Assembly (NCBI GenBank): GCA_003971905.1
Contig: RSEE01000048.1
Span: 310,001 to 374,000 of the forward strand
Length of the DNA: 64,000 nucleotides
From: Moniliella sp. 'wahieum'
Lineage: Eukaryota
Reading direction: 5' to 3'
A program made the position numbers and the translations under genes. Positions 38,401 through 50,097 of this stretch are shown here, in pieces. Numbering within the stretch: the stretch's first letter is position 1; every line of letters starts with the position of its first letter. The notes under the pieces were generated by a model. The model was not told the origin of the DNA and did no database searches. It was given only the letters and a program-made list of their open reading frames with translations.

Positions 38401-38943
38401 TTCGCACGCTGTGACGGACGAGGATCTCGGGGTTCGGACCAATGCTACGTACGCTGCCGGTGTACTGATGATGAGAACAGCCAGGAGGACTTGACGCAGC
38501 ACTACGCTCCCCTGCTTACTGCCTTGCAACCGGCATTGAGCCTGCCCGCCGACAAGTCTCAGCCCAAGGATGCCCAGGCACTTAAGGACAACGCAATCGG
38601 GTGCTTGGCCCGCATGGTGCGCAAGAGCCCAGAGGCACTTCCCCTGACCACCACCTTCCCCTTGATTTTTGGTGGTCTTCCGCTCTTGTTTGATAATGCC
38701 GAGTGGGCCCCCGTCATTCAGCTCACCATCGCGCTTATCCAAACCAACAACGCTGTTGCTCAGCAGCACATGGACGACATTCTCCGTCTCTTTGCACATG
38801 TCTTGGCGACCCCGGCGGGCTCGGAGGAAGATGTTCTTGGGCAAGAACTGCGTGACCAACTGGTTACCTTCGTTCGCCACCACAACACCGTTGTCCCCGA
38901 CAAGATCCAGGCCGCGGGTCTTGCCCTTGTATCTGCGTCGTAA
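35457..38943 (+). CDS. KAP123: Importin beta-4 / karyopherin Kap123 (HEAT repeats)
   Basis: VRQLAAVELRKRI, WPELL, GLNDPDARVR, IGAIGSAAHASK, AVGPEHFRPY, SAIAIEKEVAADSVGEIF, DNAIGCLARM. Introns ~35539-35610 and 37829-37995. Frameshifted. Confidence 0.92.
37858..37947 (+). ncRNA. Intronic box C/D snoRNA, snR71/SNORD29-like (predicted guide for the LSU rRNA Am2946 equivalent)
   Basis: Degenerate C box GGGATGA (37863-37869); guide TCTCAGCTCAC (37878-37888) complementary, with one G-U pair, to the conserved LSU rRNA GUGAGCUGGG; candidate D' CCTA (37890-37893); stem AGTGGT/ACCACT; D box CTGA (37940-37943). Lies in an unusually long 167-nt intron. Confidence 0.75.
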
Positions 38944-39214
38944 TCTGCTCGTTCTCATTTTTCTGGCGCTTACCGGCGTGTATTCATCTATCTGTCTCGG
39001 TCAAATGCTCAAATGGGAGGTCGTGATATCATATAGTTCTTTCCTCCATACTGCTCCTCCTCTGTTACATGTTATCCCGTCTGTTTTCCCGGATGCTTCT
39101 CCCTGGGCTTTTCTGTGCGCGATCACTATCTACGTCTCCATCCAGTTTGACGAACCTCGTCTACTTCAGTGTAAATGTGAATCCGTGGCATTGAACAACG
39201 AATGAGGTGAAATG

Positions 39215-40324
39215 CTACCTTAGCACCCACATTTTCACTGGGAAGAGCTCGTTCGGGAATCCCTGCTGAACCTCCACCTGGATGAGGTCCAAGCCCGCCT
39301 CGCGGAAAACCCGCTCAAAGACCTGGGTTGAGCGGGTGATGGAGTAATCCTCTGGATCCCAGATTGTGCGTTCCGAGCCATCCTCGGCTTCCGAGCAGAC
39401 ATTCTCCTTGATAAAGATACGGCCACCAACCCGGTCGTGCATGGCGGCTGTCTCCATAGCCGTGGGGGGGATACCCTCGTTCGCCGTTGAGATGGGTGCC
39501 ACAGCTTGGTCCGGCTTGAGAGCAGCCTTGCAGCGTCTTAGGAATGCCACCATCTCGGCATCAGAAAGATGTTGCAAGCACCATTGGATCCAAACCACGT
39601 CGTACCGCACTGTGGTGGACAAGAGACCCACTTGATGCGCGTTTCCTTCCCCTTCCTCTGCTCCTGCTTCAGCCATAGTAGCGTCGGATGTGACGGGTTT
39701 GTCTCCCTCGGCACCCGCCGATAGTATGGGAAGGATGGCGGGAGGAACGACTTGGGTATCGTCACTAGGCGATTTGCGCTTGCCCCCGACCTTGGGAAGA
39801 GGCGGGGCGTAAGGGTGAGCAGGATCAAAGTCCTGCAAGGTGGCCTCATGAAAATGCACCGCCTTGCGCGCATGGAAAGGGCTGGTCTCGGGAGACTGCT
39901 GGAGCGACTTCCAATTGTCCGCCTTGGTCCTTGCTTGGCGCAAGAACTTGCCCACCGGCTCCACCATATGCACCTCATCCAGCAGGGGCAGCAACACCGT
40001 CTCCGTCACCCGGCCCCCCCGGCACCACAATCCAAGCCGCGCGTGACGCCCTTCCCAAAGGTCGCTTGCTTCCCGCCGCGCGCCTCGACACGCTGGGCCA
40101 TCCATTGGGCATTGTTGGCGCTGGCGGGGGGATGTTGGTGAGGCGTTTGAGATGCTTGAGCAAGAAGAGCCGCGAGCCCAACGCATCGACGCGGGGCAAA
40201 GGCCCGTTGCCAAACCCGCCCAGGACGCCGTTGACGGTGGCAGGAACCCCCTCCCAGTACTGCACCCCTTGGCCACGTCTGGCTTGGGATGGACAATCCG
40301 AATGACAGGTTTTTGCTCGGCCAT
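39215..40324 (-). CDS. TAE1: Alpha-N-terminal protein methyltransferase 1 (Tae1/Ntm1/NTMT1)
   Basis: GVQYWEGVPATVNGVLGGFG, DALGSRLFL, LDCGAG.GRVT, YDVVWIQWCLQHLSD, IFIKEN, DYSITRS, FPNELFPVKMWVLR. Confidence 0.94.
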   Translation of the reverse strand: MAEQKPVIRIVHPKPDVAKGCSTGRGFLPPSTASWAGLATGLCPASMRWARGSSCSSISNASPTSPRQRQQCPMDGPACRGARREASDLWEGRHARLGLWCRGGRVTETVLLPLLDEVHMVEPVGKFLRQARTKADNWKSLQQSPETSPFHARKAVHFHEATLQDFDPAHPYAPPLPKVGGKRKSPSDDTQVVPPAILPILSAGAEGDKPVTSDATMAEAGAEEGEGNAHQVGLLSTTVRYDVVWIQWCLQHLSDAEMVAFLRRCKAALKPDQAVAPISTANEGIPPTAMETAAMHDRVGGRIFIKENVCSEAEDGSERTIWDPEDYSITRSTQVFERVFREAGLDLIQVEVQQGFPNELFPVKMWVLR

Positions 40325-40721
40325 GTTGGGAGGCGAGTCGCGATGGCCGCCGTGCAACCAACCAGTCCAGGAAATTTTTTCGGCTGGAAATGCACGCGCT
40401 AACCCTAGCGTGCCATGGTGTGGGGCCCTCAATGCAGCAGCCGCTTTTTCTGATCGACAAGAACTTGAACGTTCAACAGGCCCACAGACTCTATTTAAGT
40501 ACACGCGCCCCTAGCGACATCGCAAATCTGATGGCCGGGCGATTGGGACTGCCGAGGTAGATGGAACATGACGATAAGTGGGGCTCTAGCATAGCTACGT
40601 GAAGCACAAGGCGGAGGACACTCCAGTGACATCCAAGGATATAGGTATCAATAATCCAAACGGCGGTCTTCCAGCAGGACGCGTACCGACCGACACAGCA
40701 GAGTCAGGGGCCCATCCAGGG

Positions 40722-42301
40722 TTACACCTGGGCATAGAAGTGGTCCATCATCTGCTTCAGGCGAATAAACGCCACGTTGAAGATGGGATGGGTGGGGGTC
40801 ACAAGGTTCTGCTGCCCACCAAGCACATAGCTTTGGTCCTCGTCGATGTTCCATCCGAGGCTCGACGCATAGCAGTGAGCAAGCCAGGCATTGCTCTGCT
40901 CTAGTTTTTGCGCCACCTCCTCATCCAAGCTCTCCGTCGGTTCGGCAACACAACGCTTGCTTGATGCTCGAATAAGCCTTATCGCACACCTGCACTCGGT
41001 GCTGGCACAGCGACAAGGCGACAAGTTGTAGCATGTGGTATGCATCCGGGCGAGACGAGGGCTTGTCCTTCAGTCCTCCGCGCGGGGGGTCGTTCTGGCA
41101 CAGATGAGAATGTACTCTTGCAGCGAGGCCCGATCAAAAAGCCAATTGTCCTCGTGCACATCCGTCAACCAGGACGAATCCGACGCAGAGGAGGGAGCTC
41201 GGCCGCCTTCCGGATCAGCACGTGGGGGAGGTGAAGCCACCTGACGAGAAGGATCATCCAAGTCCATCGCCGCCTCCAAGCAGGAGAAAAGGCCAGCTCC
41301 AGCAAACCATCCATAGCACCCATCCACCAGCTTGTTGGTCCGGCCACGAAACGCACCTCCCTCAACTGGGGCCCCTTGGAGGTGAATCGCCCAGCGGTAA
41401 AACGCACCCAAGTGCAGTTCGTCGTGTCCTGGTCCGTGCAAGCCGGCTGGGCTTGAGTCGGTAACCCCTGTTTCAGCCGCATGAGCATGGCCATGGAAGC
41501 AATTGCGCAATAAGCATAGCCGCCATGAGCCTCCCCGAGAATAAATTGGGGAACTTGAGGATAGACTGCCGACGCCACACCTCCCTCGTACGTTTGGCAA
41601 GATGTAATAAACGTATCCATCCCTTGAATCAACTCGGGGGTGCAAATGCCCAAGGCGAGGGAGATGCACAGGACGCAGTAAGTACAACGCACGTCCACCT
41701 CGCCCCCGATTGTGACAGCAAACGAGCCGTCGGGTTGCTTGAGGGACATCATCCATGAGTACATCTTTTCCCGATCGATCTGGTCCCATGCGGCACTCGG
41801 TGAACTGGACCCATCGACAGGGCCACCGACAATGGCCAGGGCCATAACGGCGGCGTAGGAAGCCATCAAATGCGAATTTTGGCCAGGCCCACCTCCAAAC
41901 CCTCCTGTAACGGGGTTTTGAAAAGAGATGAGTGTATCGGCTGCGCGCGTGCGAGGGTCCTTTGTCTTGCCCTTCTCGACAGATTGGGAATGGTGCCCCA
42001 TGGAGCGCCCAACAGGTCATACGTTTGGACAACCCAGTAGATGAGCCAAGGCCGATTCTGGTCAAAGCCCAAATAGGCACCGGGAAGCTGGCGGAGCCAC
42101 TGAGACATAAAGTCAAGATGGGCTTTGCGATGGAGAACGGTGGAGACGGGGCGTCGGGGCGGCGGTGCGATAGGGGAGCAAGAGTTCCGAAATCTCCTGC
42201 TCAGCCTCAAGTTGGCTGGCGGTGGTCTTGCCCTCGTACCAATCCTGGGGGGAGGGCCAGACGGGCAGACGCGTGCCGGGCTGGGCACGAAGCTCGACCA
42301 T
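40722..42301 (-). CDS. RAM1: Protein farnesyltransferase beta subunit
   Basis: DQNRPWLIYW, GGFGGGPGQNSHLMASYAAV, GEVDVRCTYC, CQTYEGG, EAHGGYAYC, FRGRTNKLVDGCYGWF, DAYHTCYNLS, THPIFN. Start uncertain; frameshifted. Confidence 0.93.
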
Positions 42302-42833
42302 ACTGTGTTGGTGCGGTGGAGCACGCGGTGGAGGTGGTGGTAGCGGTGGGGCAGACGCAAAGGGGCAGCTACAGGCGAAAGCCCCAACATCCACTGCCTT
42401 GGGGCGTTGGCGGGTGGTCGGAGGGTCCGTGCTGGCGATGAACCTTTCATATCATAGGCCGGCAGTTGCACCGAAGGTGCTGTTGGCAGTCCGCGAGTGT
42501 GACCGTGTTCAATGTTGAACGTTTGAACGTTCTATCCAAGTTGGACCCCATACAGCCGGGCCGGCGCCGCCAACCACCGGGTTCCGCTGGTAAATTCCGC
42601 TACGTTCGGGCCCTGGAAAGGACATTGAACATTGCAACTGGGTGAGTGGTTTTGGCCTGCCTTGAGCTTGAGCGGCTGAGCGCAACACGTAACAAGTGCC
42701 CGACCGTACCGATCGGCTCCTTCTGATCATCCATCTTTCGTCGGCTGCCTCCCCCTCCTGCCCCATCTTGTTCCCAGCAGCACCGCCGGGCCCCTCGCTT
42801 TCCTTTCTCTCGCCCCTCCCTCGCTGTTGTGTG

Positions 42834-44766
42834 ATGGCATCGAGCTCGGGTGTCATTGCCGCCTCCGCCTCCCACGCGAAAATCCCCGGCACAGCATACC
42901 TCGACCTGCCCAAACATGAGCTGCGCTGGGTGCCCCAGGCCACCTCGCTGGCCGACCAAGCATTGAGTCTGCCTTTCAAGGACGTCGAGAAGCTTTTGGC
43001 CGGCAAAGGAAAGCCCGGGAGCACCACATTTAGCCTTAAGATTGTCCGTTTCCCGGGCACGGGGCCGGACACAATCATCACTTTTACCGCTCCTGAGGTC
43101 GGGAGCGGGCCGAGGCGGACCGAGAGCGGTTTAAGGAACACTTGTTTGCTGCGTCTGTGGCCAACAAGGAAGGTACCCCTGCGGCTGTCGCGCCTTCAGG
43201 TCCCTCATCTAGCTCTGCTACGCCGGCTGCTACACGTTCGGTTTCGCGGGCCCCCGAAACCCCTCGAGATGCGGCTGCGTTGGAGCAGCAGCGCAAGGAT
43301 GAGATTCAGCTGCGAATCGCTGTCTGGCCGCCCATCCGGAGCTGCAAGCGTTGCACAAGGACTTGGTCTTTAAAAAGGTGATGAAAGATCGTGAGTTTTG
43401 GGCTCACCCTTCTCGAGCTGCGCTCCTGCGAGCCGAACGTATGGCTCGGGCGCAGCGGCGGGGGCGTAATGCGCGCATTGCCGACCACGGCCGACCAACG
43501 ACTCGGACGGCAACATGTCGATCAGCCTTTCCACCGACCTGGTACGGGACGTATTTGAGCAGTACCCTTGTGGCCAAAGCGTACAGTGAGTTGGTGCCGA
43601 GCGAATTGGACGAGCAGGCGTTCTGGACACGCTACTTTCAAAGCCGATTGTACCACCGCTTGCGTACTTCTGCCCGCAGTGCCGCCTCGGAGCACATTAC
43701 CAAAGCCGACCCTCTCTTTGACCGCTACTTGGCCGACGTGGTGGACGACAGTGAACTCGAGTCCCGAAGCACTACAATGTGCACGACACGTTTCTCGACC
43801 TTGGGGCCACCGAGTTGGACCATGATGAGACGGGCAACACACGTGACTTTACCATGCGCGCCGGGTACAACCGTAGCAATCTGCCGCTCTTGCGTCACTT
43901 TAACACCCACCCACCTCTCTCCTCGACTCGGCCTAGGGGAACAGGCTCCTGCACCTACCGACCGGAGGATCGTGGGTGGGGTGGGGGAAGAGTACCCCAC
44001 CCACCATCCTGGTGAACGCGCCAAACGCGCCTGGGATCAAATTGTAATTGAGGAGCTGGAGCCAAGCCGACGCAAGCGGGCCCGCCCGCTGCAAGTGCCC
44101 GACGACCGCCAGGCCTTTTTCCAAGGACGACAAGGGTTGGGGAACGGGACTGAGCTGGACGAGTGGGACCCGGAGCAAGCCAAGCGAGACGTGGCTGGCT
44201 TTGGCCAGGGAGTGGAACGATGGCCCCACGAGGCTGAGGACATCCTTGCCCACTATGCGGTCCATGTGTCGGACAATGAGCGGGCCCAGGCGGCGGTGGA
44301 TGCGTTGGTGCGAGCACATCGAGTCCGAACAGGATGGCGATCCTCATGGTACGTTCTTCTGGGTACGCTTGCGCTGCCTTGCGCGCTGTACTGACCCTTC
44401 TATTTGTTTGTTTGTTTCGTTTTGGGTTGATGTTCGTGTTGGGTAGCTGGTTTGCCAGAGGAAGTGTTTCACGCCCTAGTGTCCAGCCAAGCGGCTACGA
44501 TTGAATTTCTGCGGCAATTCTGGACCGCCGTCGCGCCGGATGCTGCGATGCTCAAGGAGACGGAGGAGACGGATGCACAGCGTCGATCGCGTGCGCAGCG
44601 CATGCTCACCCTGCTGCGCAACACCCACACCCGTGTGGACCAGGTGGCAGAGCAGGCGGAGCAGGCTAACCCGGGGGAAGGGGGCAAGCGTGTGCGGGTG
44701 TGCCTGCAGCCCACACTGAGCGCCATGGACATTGCAGTCAAGGTGGGATCGGCCATGTTTCCGTGA
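42834..44766 (+). CDS. TFB1: TFIIH subunit Tfb1/p62 (PH-like + BSD domains)
   Basis: LHKDLV..EFWAHPSRAALLRAE, FEQYPLVAKAYSELVP..EQAFWTRYFQSRLY, FLDLGATELDHDETGN..DFTMRAG, EFLRQFW. Intron ~44349-44446. Confidence 0.88.
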
Positions 44767-45140
44767 CGAACAAGAGTGGTGTGGCAGTGGCCACGACCCA
44801 TCAGGATGTGGAGCCGCCGATGTGGGCGGACGAGGGGCCAATGACAGGGCTGGCAAGATAGGCGATAGGCCGAGGCCTGCTGGGGTGCTTGGGCTGGGCT
44901 GAACTCGACCCAATCCCCATCCAGTATCGATCTCAGCGAGCGAGACGGTTGAAAGTTGAAATTGCATGGATGCTGCTGGACTGCGGAGCGGGAGCAGGCG
45001 GAACACCGGGCGGAATAGTCGGGCCGCGTACGCAAGCGCTGATCATCCATCACACATCATGCATCCTCCATCCGCCGCCCCAGAACAGCTCCGCGCCGTC
45101 ACGCGCTGCTTCCCGCCGTCTCCCACCACCGCCTCTCAGC

Positions 45141-46539
45141 ATGGTGCGTACCGCGGCCGTCGACACGGGTGGCCATGCCCTGCCCATGCTCCTTCCCACT
45201 GACCCGCTGTGCCTTCTCTTCTTCTCTGCAGGGTCAAGCTCCAAGTGGCGGCGCCGGCCGTCCTAACAAGGACGACAAGAAGAAAGACCAGCCCAAAAAA
45301 TGGAGCCGCGCGTTGCCCACGCGCGTCGGCAAGAAGAAGCGCCGTGGCCCCGACACGGCGTACAAGTTGCCTACCGTCACGCCCACCACGCGCTGCCGTC
45401 TGAAGCTGCTCAAGATGGAGCGCATCAAGGACCATTTGTGCTGGAGGAGGAGTTTGTGCCAACTCGGAACGGCTCAAGCCGGCCGACGAGAAGGAGCAAC
45501 AGGAGCGCTCGCAAGTGGACGATTTGCGTGGGAGCCCGATGCAGGTGGGTACGCTGGAAGAAATCATTGATGATGACCATGCGATCATTAGCAGTGCGTC
45601 GGGTCCCGAGTACTATGTCAATATCACACCTTGGTCGACAAGGATCTGCTCGAGCCCGGGTGTAGTGTGCTGCTGCACACAGACGTATGCGATCGTTGGT
45701 GTCCTGGGCGACGACAGACCCGATGGTGAGCGTGATGAAGCTGGACAAGGCGCCGACGGAGAGCTACGCAGACATTGGTGGTCTGGAACAGCAAATCCAG
45801 GAAATCAAGGAATCGGTCGAGCTGCCGCTCACTCACCCGACGAACTGTACGAGGAGATGGGAATCAAGCCTCCCAAGGGGGTGATTCTGTATGGTGTGCC
45901 GGGTACGGGCAAGACGCTGCTGGCCAAAGCGGTGGCCAACCAAACGTCGGCCACCTTTTTGCGCATTGTGGGCTTCGAGCTGATTCAAAAGTACCTGGGT
46001 GATGGTCCGAAGTTGGTGCGCGAGCTGTTCCGTGTGGCGGAAGAGCATGCTCCGTCGATTGTGTTTATCGATGAGATTGATGCCGTGGGAACGAAGCGGT
46101 ACGACTCGAACTCGGGTGGCGAGCGAGAAATCCAGCGAACGCTTCTCGAGTTGCTCAATCAGCTCGACGGCTTCGACACGCGCAGTGATGTCAAGGTGAT
46201 ATGGCGACCAACAAGATCGAGTCGTTGGATCCCGCTCTGATTCGTCCTGGTCGGATTGACCGCAAGATTGAGTTCCCGCTGCCGGACCAGAAGACCAAGA
46301 TGCACATTTTCAAGTTGCACACGAGCCGGATGAATTTGGATGAGGATGTGGATTTGGAGGAGTTTGTCGCAATGAAGGACGACCTGTCGGGCGCCGACAT
46401 CAAATCGTTGGTAACCGAGGCAGGTCTGTTGGCGCTGCGGGAGCGACGGATGCGGGTAACCAAGAAGGACTTTACTGCGGCCCGGGAGCGTGTGATTGAC
46501 CGGAAGAAGGAGGGTACGCCGGAAGGCTTGTACCTCTAA
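45141..46539 (+). CDS. RPT2: 26S proteasome regulatory AAA-ATPase subunit 4 (Rpt2/PSMC1)
   Basis: ATG then intron 45144-45231, then [65 protein letters not shown]-terminal HbYX EGLYL. Confidence 0.97.
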
Positions 46540-46974
46540 GCGTTCCCCACCACCCCATTCCAATTGCATGACTACATGTGTTGGTGGTTGAGCTTTGGGC
46601 GCTCAGGGTTGTAGGTTGACAGGCTTGCGCTGTTGCCGTTTCCATAGAGTTTTTGGCCCAAGACGAAAGCGCGAGTGTACTAGTACTATATCTTGCCCCC
46701 AGCCCCCCCACCCCCTTGTCTACACTGGAATTTTCTGCTCACATTGCCTGGCGGGAACGATCTCGCCCCCAGGTGTTGGCGACAGGGGCATGACATATGG
46801 CATGGTCATGTCAAGGTAGAACAGAGCATACTATGCACGCGTATACAACGACCCCCCAAAGAATATAATAGTAGCTGGGCTTGTAATTACAACCAAGCAT
46901 TCATCGATCATCCCGAGGTCAACGCACCTCAGACAAGAGCCGCCTCGCCTCGGCGACAATCGCAATCTGGCTTT

Positions 46975-48568
46975 TTAAGCAATGTAGGTCGAAGCCGACA
47001 CGTTGCCGCCACGGCCAGTCCAGTTGATGTGAATGTCCTGGTTGAGGGGCAGGTTCTCGTTCTCCTCACCCGGAGAACACGGAAGGTGTGCGCACCAAAG
47101 TAGTCGCGCTGAGCCTGGATTAGGTTGGCAGGCAGGCGCTCGGTGCGGTAGCCATCGTAGTACGCCAGCGCGGTCGAGTGCGCCGGGGTAGGGATCGGTC
47201 AGGGCGCTGGTGGCCACCACGTTGCGCCAGCCAGCCTCGGCCTTGGCAATGGCATCGACAAAGAACTCGTCAAACAGCAGGTTCTCCAGGTCCGGGTTCT
47301 TGCGGTAAGCCTTGGTGATGTCCTTGAGGAAGACCGAGCGGATGATGCACCCACCGCGCCACATGAGCGCAATCGACGGGTTGTTGAACGTCCAGTTGTA
47401 CTCCTTGGCCGCCTCACGGAACATCATGAAGCCCTGGGCGTAGGAAATGATCTTGGACACGTACAGCGCCTGTTCCAAATCCTTGAGGAGCTGCTTCTTG
47501 TCGCCCGAGTAGGGACGGGTCGCCGTCGGCTTGAGAATCTTGCTCGCGCGCACACGCTCGTCCTTGAGCGACGAAAGGCAGCGCGAAAAGACCGCCTCCC
47601 CAATCAGGGTGACAGGCAGGCCCATGTCAAGAGCGTTGACAGCAGTCCACTTGCCCGTGCCCTTCTGGCCGGCCTTGTCCATGATCTTCTCGAGAAGTTG
47701 CCATCCGTGTCCTTGTACTTGGACACATCGCGCGAGATTTCAATCAGGAACGACTCGAGCGGGCCCTTGTTCCACTCGTCAAACGTAGCGCTGATCTCAT
47801 CGTCCGACATGCCAAGCGTGCGCTTCATAATGTCGTACGACTCAGAGATGAGCTGCATGTCACCGTACTCAATACCGTTGTGCACCATCTTGACGTAGTG
47901 CCCGAGCCCGAGGGGCCAATCCAGTCGCAGCACGGCTCACCGTCCGACTTGGCAGCAATCGACTGGAAATTTCCTTAATCTCAGGCCAAGCGGCGGCCGA
48001 GCCACCGGGCATGAGCGAGGGCCGTAGCGGGCACCCTCCTCACCGCCCGACACACCAGTGCCAACGTAGAGGAAGCCCTTGGCCTCAATCTCCTTGGAGC
48101 GGCGGATCGAGTCGGGGAAGTAGGTGTTGCCGCCGTCAATGATGATGTCACCCTTCTCGAGGTGGGGCTCGAGCATCTGGATAAACGAGTCGACGGCGGG
48201 GCCGGCCTTGACAAGGATGATGACCTTGCGAGGACGCTTCAGGAGCTTGACAAACTCCTCAATCGAGTGAGCACCAACAATGTTGGTGCCCTTGGCCTCG
48301 TTGGCCATAAAGTGGTCGACCTTGGAGACCGTACGGTTGAAGGCAGCGACCTTGAAGCCGTGGTCTGGGAAGAGGTTAGGAACGAAATGCAGGGAGGCGC
48401 AGCTGGATCGGAGGCCGACATACCGTTCATGTTGAGAATCAGATTCTGGCCCATGACGGCCAGGCCGATCAGGCCAATGTCGCAACTGCGGCAGGGCGAG
48501 GGGGGGGGGGAGTCAGCATGAGGAAGACGGCAGGGGCGGGGAGCAACGTACACAGCCTCGGTAGACAT
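46975..48568 (-). CDS. GND1: 6-phosphogluconate dehydrogenase, decarboxylating
   Basis: [102 protein letters not shown]. Two 5' introns. Confidence 0.97.
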
Positions 48569-50097
48569 GATGGGAACACAGGAGACGAAGAGCGAACGGG
48601 ACGAACGCGGTGGTGGTGGTGGAAGGAAGCCGAGGGCGGCTGGGGAGGCGGAGAAGATCAATTCAAACCAAGGCCGGCGGCTGGGGGGGGCTGGGGTGCT
48701 GGGGTGCACGGGGGCAGTGTGGGCGCTGGGACTGCACGGGCCACAAGAGCGCTGGGCTGCGTCTGCTGCGCGCTGCTGCCCGCCGGCGCGTAGCGCCTGC
48801 TCAGCTGAGCAGCGCTGATCCTGTGCGGTGGCCGGACACAGGCGCTGTGCGGCGCGGCAATCGCCGGTGAGCGCTGAGCGTCAGCGGTGAGGCGGGATCG
48901 GTGACTGCGTTCTGGGTCGCACCAGGCCGCAGGCCGCAGCTGCGGCAACCCACCGATGCCATCTACGTGCTGGAAGCTTGAAGCTTGACCATTGCCAGCC
49001 CGCCAAGCATCAAGCAGGCCTGCTTGGAGGCCGTGTCGCCGCCCAGCCGCATCCACCACCTGCGCGTGTCCCTCCTGTCCAGCGCAACGCAAATCGGTGT
49101 CCGCACCAGCTCAGCCCCCAGAAGGGGAAGGCCGTCCTGCGCGTAGTCCACTGGCGCCACGCCTCGAACCATACGCGTGTTCAAATGTTCAGTGCCCCAT
49201 CCCACTGGTTGCAGCATGCCGGTGAGTTGATAATCGATCAAGGGGGCGCAAGTTGCAACGCCAGCCGAAGCACACAGACAGCGCCTGCTGCTACCTGTTG
49301 CCTCGGTTGGGCGAGCCATGTCCCCGCGGATAGCGTTGGTGTCCAGCACATGCGCGTGCGTGCGCTCGCTTGCTCCGCCCAACGTTCACCGGTTCACCGG
49401 CAGTCGGCGTTTTTGGCGGTGCAATGCTGGGTTGTCTGATACTGTCCGCACAGGCGGCGCAGTGACACACTGACGTCACATGTCGCATCTGGCCCTGCAC
49501 ACTCGCCGTCTGCCCCGCGCGCCCTGGCCTTTGCAGCGGTCGCGGGTGGAATGGATAGGGGTGTCGGCGATAGCTTTGGGAGCTGCTAGCTAGCATGCTG
49601 CACCCCACAGAACGTCGGGTCGGTCGAGGCCCAGCTGGGCGACGTTTGCGCTTACCCAAGCTCGCGATGCAACAAGCGGGGCTCCCCGCGCCCTTCCTTG
49701 CCTTGCCTACTCTCTGCATCTCCCTCTCTCGACGAACGGGCAATCGGCATGAGGCACACGGTACTAAGACCCCCCCCCACTACTACTACCACGGTACCGC
49801 TGTACTACGGTACCGCTTCACGGCCTTTAGCGCATCCAAGTCCTACATCCAACCACATGTCCACACTGCACGTACACAACGATATACAATAGGATACACC
49901 GCCCCTCCTCGCCCCCGCCGGGCCAACAGCCTCCAGAGCACGAGGTGAGCAGGTGGGGTACAGGTAGAAAGAACAAATGAGAAAAAAGACACGTATATGC
50001 CGGCAGGGCGGCAACACGACAGAGACCTATCCAGCCGGCAGCAGACACCCCCTGCCCTTTCCATCCCTTTCCACATCGAGGGGCAGAGGGGAGCGAA

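Noticed and set aside
44770..45140. Rpn4/PACE element upstream of RPT2
   Set aside because: No exact GGTGGCAAA; only weak partial matches.
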